64,000 nucleotides of DNA, taken from NCBI GenBank assembly GCA_963727485.1, contig CAVSGM010000001.1:480001-544000 (forward strand), given 5' to 3'. A program made the translations under genes and the position numbers. Under the pieces are notes generated by a model, which saw nothing but the letters and a program-made list of their open reading frames with translations, was not told the origin of the DNA and searched no databases. Below are positions 30,501 to 39,810 of the stretch, one piece after another (positions within the stretch are counted from its first letter, which is position 1; each line of letters begins with the position of its first letter). The stretch is from an uncultured delta proteobacterium. Its GTDB lineage: Bacteria; Myxococcota; Myxococcia; SLRQ01.

Positions 30501-30703
30501 TCCAGGGGCGTGGCCACCGCCGCGGCCATGGTCTCGGGGCTGGCCCCGGGGAGATCGGCGCCGACCTGGATCGTCGGCATGTCGACGTTGGGCAGATCGC
30601 TCACCGGCAGGTCGCGGTAGGCGATGATGCCGGCGCCGAGGATGGCCACCATCACCAGGGTGGTCATCACCGGCCGGCGGATGAAGAGCCGGGAGAAGTT
30701 CAC
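27581..30703 (-). CDS. RND efflux permease, MdtB/MdtC-like
   Basis: FIRRPV, GFVVDDAIVMLEN, VKKNGIIMIDF, RFRPIMMTT; 1040 aa. Confidence 0.95.
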   Translation of the reverse strand: MNFSRLFIRRPVMTTLVMVAILGAGIIAYRDLPVSDLPNVDMPTIQVGADLPGASPETMAAAVATPLERQFSTIAGLDTMTSSSSQGSTSITLQFALDKNIDAAAQDVQAAIAQVQGRLPNDMPSPPSYRKVNPADSPILYVALTSPTLPLSQLDEYAETLMAQRISTVSGVAQVLVYGSQKYAVRVQVDPERLASRGIGLQQVAQAIQGANVNLPTGTLYGPYKAFTVQANGQLRRAKDYRNIVVAYRNGQPVRLDQVAHVVDSVQNDKSAAWYINQRSMVLAIQRQPGTNTVAVSEAVQKLLPTFRDQLPASVSLHVLFDRAESIRDSVNDVKFTLFLALLLVVLVIFLFLRNLSATVIPALALPMSIVGTFGVMYVLGYSLDNLSLMALTLSVGFVVDDAIVMLENVVRHMEMGKPAYQAAIDGAREIGFTIISMTLSLAAVFIPVLFLGGIIGRLFHEFAVTIGSAVIVSGIVSLTLTPMLSSRFLRPQRAAGHGALYNAIERGFQWTLGGYELGLKWVLKHRRFTMAVLFAVFGVTIYLFMVIPKGFLPSEDNGGFFVSTQAEEGISYHSMMRHQQEVAAIMAKNPYVSRFMSSSGGGGNQGFMFVHLKPRSQRPSVDKVIQMLWPKVNSVPGMRVFMVNPPPIRLGGRPSRSEYQFTLQGPDTQQLYAASEKLEGEMKQVPILRDVTSDLEIKNPEVDLDIDRDRAATLGVSMADIETTLADAYGSRQVSTIYAPNNTYVVIMEVEPKYQNDPSALASLYVRASTGSMVPLSAVAKITRGVGPLSINHQGQLPAVTVSFNVAPGASLSEATAKVQQLARDTLPGTISGGFAGNAQVFQSSVRNLGVLLIITILVIYIVLGILYESFIHPLTILSALPMAGFGALVTLMIFNTELSIYAFVGIIMLVGLVKKNGIIMIDFALDAQRTEGKNAADAIYEACVVRFRPIMMTTFAALFGTLPIALAVGAGAESRQPLGLAVVGGLLFSQLLTLFITPVVYTYMDAVPARLRKWLPFLRTPEAVREVEPEAVRTGTGG

Positions 30704-31866
30704 GACGCCTCTCCGCCCGCCGCGGCCGCGCCGGTCACCGGCTCGATCTTCGAGCCCGGGGTGAGCTTGAGCTGCCCGTCGGTGACCACCGTCTCACCGC
30801 CCTTGAGGCCGGTGTCGATGACCACCTCCCCCTGGAGGTGGGCGCCGACCTTCACCGGCTGCATCTTCACCGTGTCGCCCTTCTCCACCACGAACACGAA
30901 GTTGCCCTTCTGGCTGGTCTGCACCGCCTGATCCGGGACCACCACCGAGTTCTGCTGGCGGCGGACCACCAGGACCACGTTGACGAACTGCCCGGGCCAG
31001 AGCCCGTCGTCGTCGTTGGGGAAGGTGGCCTTGAGGACCACGGTGCCGGTGGCCGCTTCCACGGCGTTGTCCACGAAGGAGAGCTTGCCGGTGTGGGCCT
31101 TGCCGCCCGCGGGGGTGGCGGTCACCGCGAGGGCGTCCCCGGCGGCGGCCTCCCGGCGGACCTCGGCGAGGCGATCCTCGGGGATGGAGAAGGTCACGTA
31201 GATCGGCCGCAGGGTGCGGATGGTGACCAGGGACTGGGCGGACTGGGGGCTGACCAGGTTGCCCGCCTGGACCAGCAGCCGCCCGGTGCGCCCGGCGATG
31301 GGCGACCGGAGGGTGGTCCAGGAGAGGTTGAGCCGCGCGGACTCCAGGGCCGCCTGGTCCACCTTCACCGTGGCCGCCGAGGAGTCGGCGTTGGCCTTGG
31401 CGGTGTCGAAGGTGCCCTTGTCGATGTAGCCCTTGCCCCGCAGCGCCTGCATCCGCTTGAAGGTCACCTGGTCGTTGGCGGCGATGACCCGGTCCTTGGC
31501 GAGCTTGGCCTCGGCCTGGTCGAGGGTCGCCCGGTAGGGGGCCGGGTCGATGGTGAAGAGCACCTGCCCCTTCTTCACCGCGTCGCCCTCGGAGAACGCC
31601 ACCTTCTCCAGGATGCCACCGACCTGGGGCCGCACCTCCACGGTGTTGGCCGCCTCCACGTTGCCGATGGCGCTGATCTCCACCGGGGTGGTCTTCACCA
31701 GCGCCTTGGCGGTGCGCACCGGGACCGGCGGGGCTCCGCGGTGGCCCCCGGGCCCGCCGTGTCCGCCGCCTCCGCCCTTGCAGCCGGCGAGGGCGAAAGC
31801 GAGGGCCAGGGCGCCGACGGCGAGGCGGCGCCGGGCGGAAAACGGGTCGGGCGTGGGGGTGGGCAT
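30700..31866 (-). CDS. RND periplasmic adaptor (MdtA-like lipoprotein)
   Basis: LAGC lipobox, VRPQVGG, SPIAGRTG, LWPGQFV. Confidence 0.93.
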   Translation of the reverse strand: MPTPTPDPFSARRRLAVGALALAFALAGCKGGGGGHGGPGGHRGAPPVPVRTAKALVKTTPVEISAIGNVEAANTVEVRPQVGGILEKVAFSEGDAVKKGQVLFTIDPAPYRATLDQAEAKLAKDRVIAANDQVTFKRMQALRGKGYIDKGTFDTAKANADSSAATVKVDQAALESARLNLSWTTLRSPIAGRTGRLLVQAGNLVSPQSAQSLVTIRTLRPIYVTFSIPEDRLAEVRREAAAGDALAVTATPAGGKAHTGKLSFVDNAVEAATGTVVLKATFPNDDDGLWPGQFVNVVLVVRRQQNSVVVPDQAVQTSQKGNFVFVVEKGDTVKMQPVKVGAHLQGEVVIDTGLKGGETVVTDGQLKLTPGSKIEPVTGAAAAGGEAS

Positions 31867-32059
31867 GGAGGCTCCTGGGGCGTTGGGCGGGGCATAGTAT
31901 CCACCCCCCGCCGGGAAGTGCCAGCGGTCCCGAGGCGGCTCCCCTCGGGCTCGGACCGGGGTCCCTTCCGACCCCGCCCGGGACCCTGGCGACGGGATCT
32001 GAAGCAAGTGTTGCGATGACGCCCTGGCCCTGCGATAGAGCAGCGCCGGAGCTCCGGCA

Positions 32060-33095
32060 ATGCGCGACACCCTCCAGCTCAAGAGCCTCCCCGAGGCGGC
32101 GGCGGTCGAGGCCCTCGGCGCCCTGGGGGCCACCGGCCGGGAGGCGCGGCGGATTCTGGTCGGCGGCGGTGAAGCGCCGGGCCACCGTGGACGAGATCGC
32201 CCGCCTCGAGCAGGTGCGCCGCCCGGTCCTCGACGCGGTACTCCCCCGCCTCGACCTTCGCCGCCTCGAGGTCGTCACCCGGCGCACCGATCCCGCCGAC
32301 GGCTTCGTGAAGTACCTGTTCGCCCTGGCGGACGGCCACCGGGTGGAGGCGGTGCGCATCCCCATCTTCGACACCCACCACGTGGTCTGCGTCTCCAGCC
32401 AGGTGGGCTGCCCCCTCACCTGCGACTTCTGCGCCACCGGGCGCCTCGGCTACCGGCGGAACCTCACCCCCGGGGAGATCGTCGAGCAGGTGCTGGCCAT
32501 CCGGGACGAGGCCGACCGCCCGGTGCGGGGGGTGGTGTTCATGGGCATGGGCGAGCCGATGCTCAACTACGACGGGGTGGTCGACGCCGCGCGGATCCTC
32601 ACCGCCGGCGCCGGGGTCGCCATCGGGGGCAAGCGCATCACCGTCTCCACCGCCGGCTGGGTCCCGGCCATCCGCCGCTACACCGCAGACGGCCACCCCT
32701 GGCGCCTGGCGGTGAGCCTGACCTCGGCGATCCCCGAGAAGCGGGTGCAGGTGATGCCCATCGAGGCCCGCTACCCGCTCCCCGAGCTCTGGGCCGCGAC
32801 CCGGGACCACGCCCTCGCCCGGAAGACCCGGGCGATGCTCGCCTACGTCCTCATCCGCGGCTTCAACACCGGCCGCGAGGACGCCCTGGCCCTCAAGCGC
32901 CTCGTGGGCGACACCCCGGTCATGGTCGACCTCATCGACGTCAACGACGCCACCGGCCGCTACCTCCCCCCGACCCCCGAGGAGCTGGAGCGCTTCCGCG
33001 ACCACCTCCAGGTCCTGGGGCAGCCGGTGGTGCGCCGCTACTCCGGGGGCAAGCAGGTGGAGGCCGCCTGCGGGATGCTGGCGGCCTCCGGCTGA
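32060..33095 (+). CDS. rlmN: RlmN-family radical SAM RNA methyltransferase (frameshift ~32154)
   Basis: CVSSQVGCPLTCDFC, FMGMGEP, TVSTAG, AACG; both catalytic-type Cys present; may be a paralog. Confidence 0.8.
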
Positions 33096-33099
33096 CCGG

Positions 33100-35118
33100 C
33101 TAGAGGCAGCTCGGGTTGGCCCCGCATCCGCTGGCGGACATGGGCGCCACCGCGTCGCACTCGGCGACGTTGTGGAAGACGTTCATCGAGGTGAGGTCCA
33201 TGGGGAGGCCCGTCCAGCCCTCGACGATGCCGTTGCCCGCCGAGTCGGTGATGGACACGCTCGTGATCGAGCCGGCCGCCGGCATGGCGTCGAAGAAGGA
33301 GAGGCCGCCGTTCTCGTCGCCGCTGGTCGGCTCGCAGGCGTAGCCCGAGAAGCCGCCGTCGCCCCCGGCGAAGGAGATGCCCACGTTCTCCATCCGGCTC
33401 GGGGCCAAAGGCGAGGTGTTGTCGCCGTTGAAGATGACCCCGACCCAGTCTCCGGCGGCGCCGGTGGTGTCGGTCCAGCTCCCCATGGTGATGGGCTGGG
33501 TGGCCGTGCCCACCGCCTGGAGGGCCCCCTGGCCCAGACCGTGGACGTTGATGGTCAGCCGCTCCCCGGCGGAGAAGAGCAGGCTGACGCCCGGGTCCAG
33601 GGTGAGGGTCGCCGGCGCTCCGCTGGTGCTGCCCACCGTGAGGGAGCCGTAGAGCAGGTAGGGGGCGCCGAGGTCGGCGAGGGTGGTGTCCCGGGTGATG
33701 TCGCCGCCGGTGACCCAGATCCCCGGCTGGGCCCCGTCGACGGTGCTCGCCGAGGGCAGGCTGTAGAGGGCCTCGCCGCTGAGGACCAGGGGCACCGCCA
33801 CCGGGGTGCCGATATCGGGGCTCACGTCGGCGCCCGAGCCGGTGATGTGGAGGTCCGAGGCGCCGGGCATGAACGCCGCGCCGCCCTGGAGCAGGAGGCC
33901 CACGGTCCCCGAGTCGGTGATGCTCAGGTGGTCCACCGCGAGGCACTCGGCGGTGGGGCTGGCCGCCGCGCCGCCGTCGGCGAGGAGGCTGGTGCCGTCG
34001 CCACCCTCGGAGCCGGTGGCGCCGCCGCCGTCGACGTCGGTGTAGGACAGGGACATCGTCGCCGGGGCGGTGACCTTGAGGTCGTTCCAGCGGCCGCCGC
34101 CCGCGCCGGTGACGGTGACGTGCTTCGCCGCGGTGCCGGCGAAGACCAGGTGCCCCAGGGCCCCGCCGGCGCCTGCGGCCACGGTCATGTCGGCGCCCGC
34201 CGAGAGCTTCAGGGTCGCGCCGGCGGCGATGGTCACCGTGACGTCGCTGGTGGCGCTGTCCGAGGGGAGCACGGCGAAGTCGCCGCCGTCGTAGTTGTCG
34301 CCGAGGATCCAGGGGACACCCGGGTCGGAGAGGGTCTCGCTCTGGGCGATGCTGTCCCGGCCCTTGAGCAGGATCCCGTCGAGGCCGTTGCCGGTGTAGG
34401 TGCCGGACGGCAGGGAGCCGGCGCTCTCGGTGGACAGGCGCACCGGGTAGGCGGGAATCGGGCTCCCGCCGTCGGTCATGGGCTGCTGTCCGGTGCCGGT
34501 GACGGTCAGGGCGGTGGAGCCCGACATGAAGGCGGCCCCGTCGGCGAGGTTCACCCCCGAGGCGGCGGCGTCGGAGAGGGTCACGTGGTCGACCTTGAGG
34601 GTGGCCTTGGGTGCGGCGCTCCGGTCGCCGGTGACCGTCACCACCGCCGCGTCGGCGCTCGTGGCCTGACCGCCGTGGGTGAGGGTGGTGTAGGCGAGCT
34701 CGAGGGTGGCCGTGGGAGAGGTGGCGGTGAGGCCCTGCCAGTAGTCGGTCCCGCTGGGCCCGAAGGTGACCTTGCCGTCGGCGGTCCCCTCGGTGACGAG
34801 GTGGCCGGCGACCTTGATCCCGGCGCCGCTCCCGAGGACCACCGCGGTGCACTTGCCGAGGGTGAGGGTGGCGCCGCTTCCGACCTTCACCGTGTCACCG
34901 TCGGCGATGACGTAGGGCGAGTGGGCGGCGTCCCAGGTGGTGTCGGCGGAGAGGGTGCCGGTGACGGTGGTGGGCCCGCTGGTCTTGTTGCCGCAGGCGT
35001 CCTCGGCCTTGACGTTTCCGCCGCCACCGCCGCCGCCTCCCGAGGGGGTGCAGCCGGCGGCGAGGACGAGGACGAGGGACAACGTCAGGGTGCTTCGGGA
35101 AGCGATGCGCGAGCGCAT
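33100..35118 (-). CDS. Secreted beta-helix-like lipoprotein with internal repeats
   Basis: LAAGC lipobox, Gly linker, GTLSADTTW..SPY, three ATLT/L...G.L...GT....T...W units. Confidence 0.7.
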   Translation of the reverse strand: MRSRIASRSTLTLSLVLVLAAGCTPSGGGGGGGGNVKAEDACGNKTSGPTTVTGTLSADTTWDAAHSPYVIADGDTVKVGSGATLTLGKCTAVVLGSGAGIKVAGHLVTEGTADGKVTFGPSGTDYWQGLTATSPTATLELAYTTLTHGGQATSADAAVVTVTGDRSAAPKATLKVDHVTLSDAAASGVNLADGAAFMSGSTALTVTGTGQQPMTDGGSPIPAYPVRLSTESAGSLPSGTYTGNGLDGILLKGRDSIAQSETLSDPGVPWILGDNYDGGDFAVLPSDSATSDVTVTIAAGATLKLSAGADMTVAAGAGGALGHLVFAGTAAKHVTVTGAGGGRWNDLKVTAPATMSLSYTDVDGGGATGSEGGDGTSLLADGGAAASPTAECLAVDHLSITDSGTVGLLLQGGAAFMPGASDLHITGSGADVSPDIGTPVAVPLVLSGEALYSLPSASTVDGAQPGIWVTGGDITRDTTLADLGAPYLLYGSLTVGSTSGAPATLTLDPGVSLLFSAGERLTINVHGLGQGALQAVGTATQPITMGSWTDTTGAAGDWVGVIFNGDNTSPLAPSRMENVGISFAGGDGGFSGYACEPTSGDENGGLSFFDAMPAAGSITSVSITDSAGNGIVEGWTGLPMDLTSMNVFHNVAECDAVAPMSASGCGANPSCL

Positions 35119-35276
35119 GACGGCGACTCCTGTGAGTGGGTTCGAACCCGGTGGGTGTACCACGCTGGGGAAGACCGGCTGTGACCGCGATCGACCACCG
35201 GTTCGTCGCCCCTGGCGCGGGCCCTGGCCGCGATGGCGGGGCATCGCCTATGGTGGGCGGTCCGGGAGGAGTGCCC

Positions 35277-37467
35277 ATGCCGCATCGCCGCGTCGCCACC
35301 TTCGCCGTCCTCGTCACCGTCCTGCTGGCGCCAGGGTGTCACCACGACGACGGGGGGGCGCCCCGGACGCCGCCCACGCCGCGGCGGACCCGGGCGACGC
35401 CGGCCACCGGGACGCCGGCGACGTGGTCCTCGCCTCCCACCTCCCGGCGAGCGCCGACGCCAAGGGCGACCTCCCGGCCATCGAGAAGCGCGGGGTGCTC
35501 CGGGTCCTCATCCCCGGCACCCGCGAGACCTTCCTCCCCCGCCAGGGCATGCCGACCTCCTACGACCGCACCCTGGCCCGGGCCTTCGCCGCCCGCTTCC
35601 ACCTGAAGATCCGCTTCGTCCTGGTGCCCGACCACGCCCGGCTCCTGGCGGCCCTCGACGCCGGCAAGGGGGACCTGGTCGCCGCGCGCCTCGCCATCAC
35701 CCCGGCGCGCCAGAAGGTCGTGGACTTCACCCGGCCGGTGGCCTCGGTGGACGAGATGCTCGTCGACGCCAAGGACGATCCCCACCCGCCGAGGTCGCTG
35801 GCCGACCTGAAGGGCCGGGAGATCGACGTCCGGAAGAGCTCCTCGTACTACGAGACCCTCCAGGGCCTGAAGGTCCCCGGGCTCACGGTGAAGGCGGCGG
35901 ACGAGCGCCTCGACGCCGAGCAGCTCGCCTACCAGGTGGGCCGGCACCAGCGCCCGCTCACGGTGGTCGACAGTGACATCCTCGCCGCCATCGAGACCTA
36001 CGACGACGACGTGGTCGGCCGCTTCCCCATCGCCGAGGGCGACCACATCGCCTGGGCCCTCCGCAAGCACTCCCCGAAGCTCAAGGCCGCCCTCGACGCC
36101 TTCCTCATCGAGAAGGCGCTCACCGCCCACACCCGCCGGATTCTTCAAGGGCGACCTGAAGGGGATCCGCAAGCGCGGGGTCCTCCGGGTCCTCACCCGG
36201 AACAACCCGGTCACCTACTTCCTCTACCGGGGCAAGCAGCTGGGCTTCGACTTCGAGCTGGCCCGCCTCGCCGCCAAGGACCTGGGGGTGCGCCTGGAGA
36301 TGGTGGTGCCCCCGAGCCGGGACCAGCTCATCCCCTGGCTCCTGGCGGGCAAGGGCGACGTCATCGCCGCCTCGCTCACCGTGCTGCCCCGCCGGGCCCG
36401 GGAGGTGGCGTTCTCCAAGCCCTACCTCCACGTGGAGGAGATGCTCATGGGCAAGCAGGGGGGACCGGCGGTCAGCGCCCTCCCGGATCTCAAGGGCAAG
36501 ACGGTGGAGGTGCGCCGGTCCTCGAGCTACTGGACCACCCTCCTGGGCCTGGAGAAGAAGGTGGGGCCGTTCAAGATGGTGGCGGCCCCCGAGGACCAGG
36601 AGACCGAGGCGCTCATCGACCGGGTGGCGAAGGGGAAGATCCCCTTCACCGTCGCCGACAGCGACATCGCCCTGGTGGAGCTCACCTGGCGCGACGACGT
36701 CGCCGCCGAGCTCGCCCTCACCGATCCCAAGGGCAAGCCCGGCGCCTGGGAGGACCTCACCCAGGGGAGCAAGGCCATCGCCTTTGCGGTGCGGCCGGGA
36801 TTCGAAGCAGCTCCTCGCCTGGCTCGACGGCTTCGTGAAGCGCACCTACCGCGGGGTCGCCTACAACGTGGCCCGGAAGCGGTACTTCCACGACCGCAAG
36901 GCCATCGACCGGGTGAAGACCGGGCGGGTGGGCGCCGGGGGGCACCTCTCGCCCTACGACGGGCTCCTCAGGAAGTACGCGGCGCGCTACGGCCTCGACT
37001 GGCGGCTGATGGCCGCCACCGCCTTCCAGGAGAGCCGGTTCAACCCCCACGCCAAGAGCTGGGTGGGGGCCAAGGGGCTCTTCCAGGTGATGCCCCAGAC
37101 CGCCCACGCCCTGGGCTTCGACCACCCGGAGCGCCCGGCCCAGGGCGTCGCCGCCGGCGTCGAGTACATCCACCAGCTCATCGGCCGCATCGATCCCACC
37201 CTGCCGCTGCGGGTGCGGGTGCGGATGGCGCTCGCCGCCTACAACGCCGGCCTGGGGCACGTCCGGGACGCCCGGCGCCTCGCCGACCGGCTCCACCTCG
37301 ACCCCGACAAGTGGTTCGGCAACGTCTCCAAGGCCATGCTTCTCCTGGAGCAGCCCAGGTACTACCGTCACGCCCGCTACGGCTACTGTCGCGGCAGCGA
37401 GCCGGTTGCCTATGTTTCCCAAATCCAGAACCGCTACGACAACTACGTGAAGATCGTGAAGCAATAG
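35277..37467 (+). CDS. MltF-like lytic transglycosylase with two solute-binding domains (3 frameshifts)
   Basis: GDL..I.KRGVLRVL occurs twice; VRKSSSY / VRRSSSY; SLT motifs QESRFNP, GLFQVMP, AYNAG. Confidence 0.85.
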
Positions 37468-37476
37468 GAGGCGGCG

Positions 37477-37782
37477 ATGTCGGTGACGAGGGTGGTGATG
37501 GTGAAGCTGAACGGTGAGCACCAGACCGAGGCCAGGCGCCTCGAGGTGGCGCGGCACAGCCTCGAGGCCCTGGGGAAGGTCCCCGGGATCGAGGGCGTGG
37601 AGGTGGGGGTGCCCGCGGACGCCGGGTCGGCGGCGGCCTGGGACCTGGAGATCCTGGTGCGCTTCGCCCGCGTCGAGGACATCGAGGCCTACCGGGTGGA
37701 CCCGGCCCACCGCGCCTACGTCGACGACTACCTCGAGCCGCGGATGGCGGTGATCAAGGCCTGGAACTTCGAGGCCGTCTAG
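37477..37782 (+). CDS. Dabb-family (stress-responsive A/B barrel) protein
   Basis: VVMVKL, WDLEILVRF, YRVDPAH. Confidence 0.8.
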   Translation: MSVTRVVMVKLNGEHQTEARRLEVARHSLEALGKVPGIEGVEVGVPADAGSAAAWDLEILVRFARVEDIEAYRVDPAHRAYVDDYLEPRMAVIKAWNFEAV

Positions 37783-37796
37783 AGAACGGAGCCTGC

Positions 37797-38723
37797 GTGA
37801 CCGACGTCGCCCTGCGCTGCGCCGGCCTGGTGAAGCGCTTCCCGGACGTCCTGGCGGTGGCGGGCCTCGATCTCGAGGTGCCCCGGGGGACGTGCTTCGG
37901 GCTCCTCGGCCCCAACGGCGCCGGGAAGACCACGACGGTGGAGATCTGCGAGGGGCTCCAGAAGGCCGACGCCGGCACGGTGGAGGTGCTGGGCCAGAGG
38001 TGGGGCGAGGGCGACGATCGGCGGATCCGGGCGCGGCTGGGGGTGGCGCTCCAGGACACCCAGCTCCCCGACCGGCTCACGGTGCGGGAGACGGTGCGCC
38101 TGTTCCGCAGCTTCTACCCCGCCGGCCGCGAGGTCGACGAGGCGCTGGCGCTCCTGGAGCTCGAGGAGAAGCGGGACGCCCGGGTGGGCAAGCTCTCCGG
38201 GGGCCAGCGGCAACGCCTGGCGCTGGCCTGCGCCCTGGTGGGCGACCCGGCGCTCCTGTTCCTCGACGAGCCCACCACCGGCCTCGACCCCCAGGTGCGC
38301 CTCCACATCTGGGAGATCGTCGAGCGCTTCCGGGCGGGCGGGGGCACGGTGATCCTCACCACCCACTACATGGAGGAGGCCGCCAGGCTCTGCGAGGCGG
38401 TGGCGGTCCTCGATCACGGGCAGGTCATCGCCCGGGGGTCGCCCGCCGAGCTGGTCGCCGGCCTCGAGGCCGAGCAGGTGGTGACCCTTCAGACCGAGCC
38501 GGCCCTGGACCCCGAGGCCCTGGCGGCCCTGCCCGGGGTGTCGTCGGCCACCGCCCGGGGCGAGGCGCGGGTGCTCCACGTCTCCGAGGTGGGCGTGGCC
38601 CTGCCGGCCATCACCGCCGAGGTGGCGCGCCTTGGCGCCCGGATCGTCAGCCTCACCACCCACGAGGCCACCCTCGAGGACGTGTTCGTGGACCTCACCG
38701 GCCGGGGGCTGCGCGATGCCTAG
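37797..38723 (+). CDS. ABC transporter ATP-binding protein
   Basis: GPNGAGKTT, LSGGQ, FLDEPT, TTHYMEEA. Confidence 0.95.
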   Translation: MTDVALRCAGLVKRFPDVLAVAGLDLEVPRGTCFGLLGPNGAGKTTTVEICEGLQKADAGTVEVLGQRWGEGDDRRIRARLGVALQDTQLPDRLTVRETVRLFRSFYPAGREVDEALALLELEEKRDARVGKLSGGQRQRLALACALVGDPALLFLDEPTTGLDPQVRLHIWEIVERFRAGGGTVILTTHYMEEAARLCEAVAVLDHGQVIARGSPAELVAGLEAEQVVTLQTEPALDPEALAALPGVSSATARGEARVLHVSEVGVALPAITAEVARLGARIVSLTTHEATLEDVFVDLTGRGLRDA

Positions 38724-39762
38724 GCCCGCCTCGGCGCTGATGGAGCTGACCCGGGCGCGGCTCCTGGAGTTCCTCCGGGACCCGGCGGCGGTGTTCTGGG
38801 TCTTCGGCTTCCCCATCCTCCTGGCGGTGGTCCTGGGGATCGCGTTTCGGAGCCGGCCGGCGCCCACCTACCCGGTGGCGGTGGTCGACGGGCACCCGGG
38901 GAGCGCCGCCCTGGCCACCGACCTCGCCACCTCCAAGGCCCTCAAGGTGCGGCGACTGGCCCCCGCCGCCGCCGACGCCGCGCTCCGCCGGGGGCAGGTG
39001 GCGGTGGTGGCGGTGCCCTGGCCGAGGGGCGAGGTGACCTGGCGCCTCGACCCCACCCGCGAGGACGGCCCGGTGGCCAGGCGCGTCGCCGACGACGCCC
39101 TCCAGCGCGCCCGGGGGCGAAAGGACGCGGTCCAGACCCGCACCGAGCCGGTGTCCGAGGCCGGGGGGCGCTACATCGACTTCCTGGTGCCCGGCCTCGT
39201 GGGCCTCAACCTCATGGGCTCGAGCATGTGGGGCGTGGGCTTCGCGGTGGTCGACACCCGCAAGCGCCGGCTCCTCAAGCGCTTCGCCGCCACCCCCATG
39301 CGCCGCTCCGACTTCCTCCTGGGCTTCATGCTCTCCAGGATGGCGTTCCTCGCCGCCGAGGTGGCGGTGCTCATCGCCTTTGGCTGGTGGGCCTTCGGGG
39401 TGGCGGTCCACGGGTCGATCTGGGCCCTGTCGCTGGTCTCGCTCCTCGGGGCCCTGACCTTCGCCGGCATGGCCGTCCTCATCGGCGCCCGCACCGACAG
39501 CACCGAGGTCGCCAGCGGCTGGGCCAACTTCGTGATGATGCCCATGTGGATGTTCTCGGGGGCGTTCTTCTCCTACGAGCGCTTCCCCGAGTTCCTCTGG
39601 CCGGCGCTCCGGGCCCTGCCGCTGACCGCCCTCAACGACGCCCTCCGGGCGATCATGAACGACGGCACCGCCGTCTGGCACCTCTGGCCCCAGATTCTGG
39701 TGCTCGCCGTCTGGGGCGTGCTGTCCTTTGCAGTGGCCCTGAAGATCTTCCGGTGGCAGTAG
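38716..39762 (+). CDS. ABC-2 permease
   Basis: FWVFGFPILL, YIDFLVPG, FSGAFF, LPLT. Confidence 0.92.
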   Translation: MPRPASALMELTRARLLEFLRDPAAVFWVFGFPILLAVVLGIAFRSRPAPTYPVAVVDGHPGSAALATDLATSKALKVRRLAPAAADAALRRGQVAVVAVPWPRGEVTWRLDPTREDGPVARRVADDALQRARGRKDAVQTRTEPVSEAGGRYIDFLVPGLVGLNLMGSSMWGVGFAVVDTRKRRLLKRFAATPMRRSDFLLGFMLSRMAFLAAEVAVLIAFGWWAFGVAVHGSIWALSLVSLLGALTFAGMAVLIGARTDSTEVASGWANFVMMPMWMFSGAFFSYERFPEFLWPALRALPLTALNDALRAIMNDGTAVWHLWPQILVLAVWGVLSFAVALKIFRWQ

Positions 39763-39810
39763 ACCCGGGGGACCGTGATATACGCCCCTTTCAGCTTCCA
39801 GGAGGCCGAC

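Noticed and set aside
31867..32059. GC-rich hairpins in intergenic DNA as riboswitch/ncRNA (also 60197..60374)
   Set aside because: No recognisable conserved motif; such pairing is expected by chance at this GC content.
32060..33095. Cfr-type resistance methyltransferase beside the RND pump
   Set aside because: Motifs are shared by RlmN and Cfr; nothing visible favours Cfr and there is no mobile context. A phylogeny would be needed.
35138..35149. GGGTTCGAACCC resembling a tRNA T-arm
   Set aside because: No acceptor, D or anticodon arms can be folded around it.
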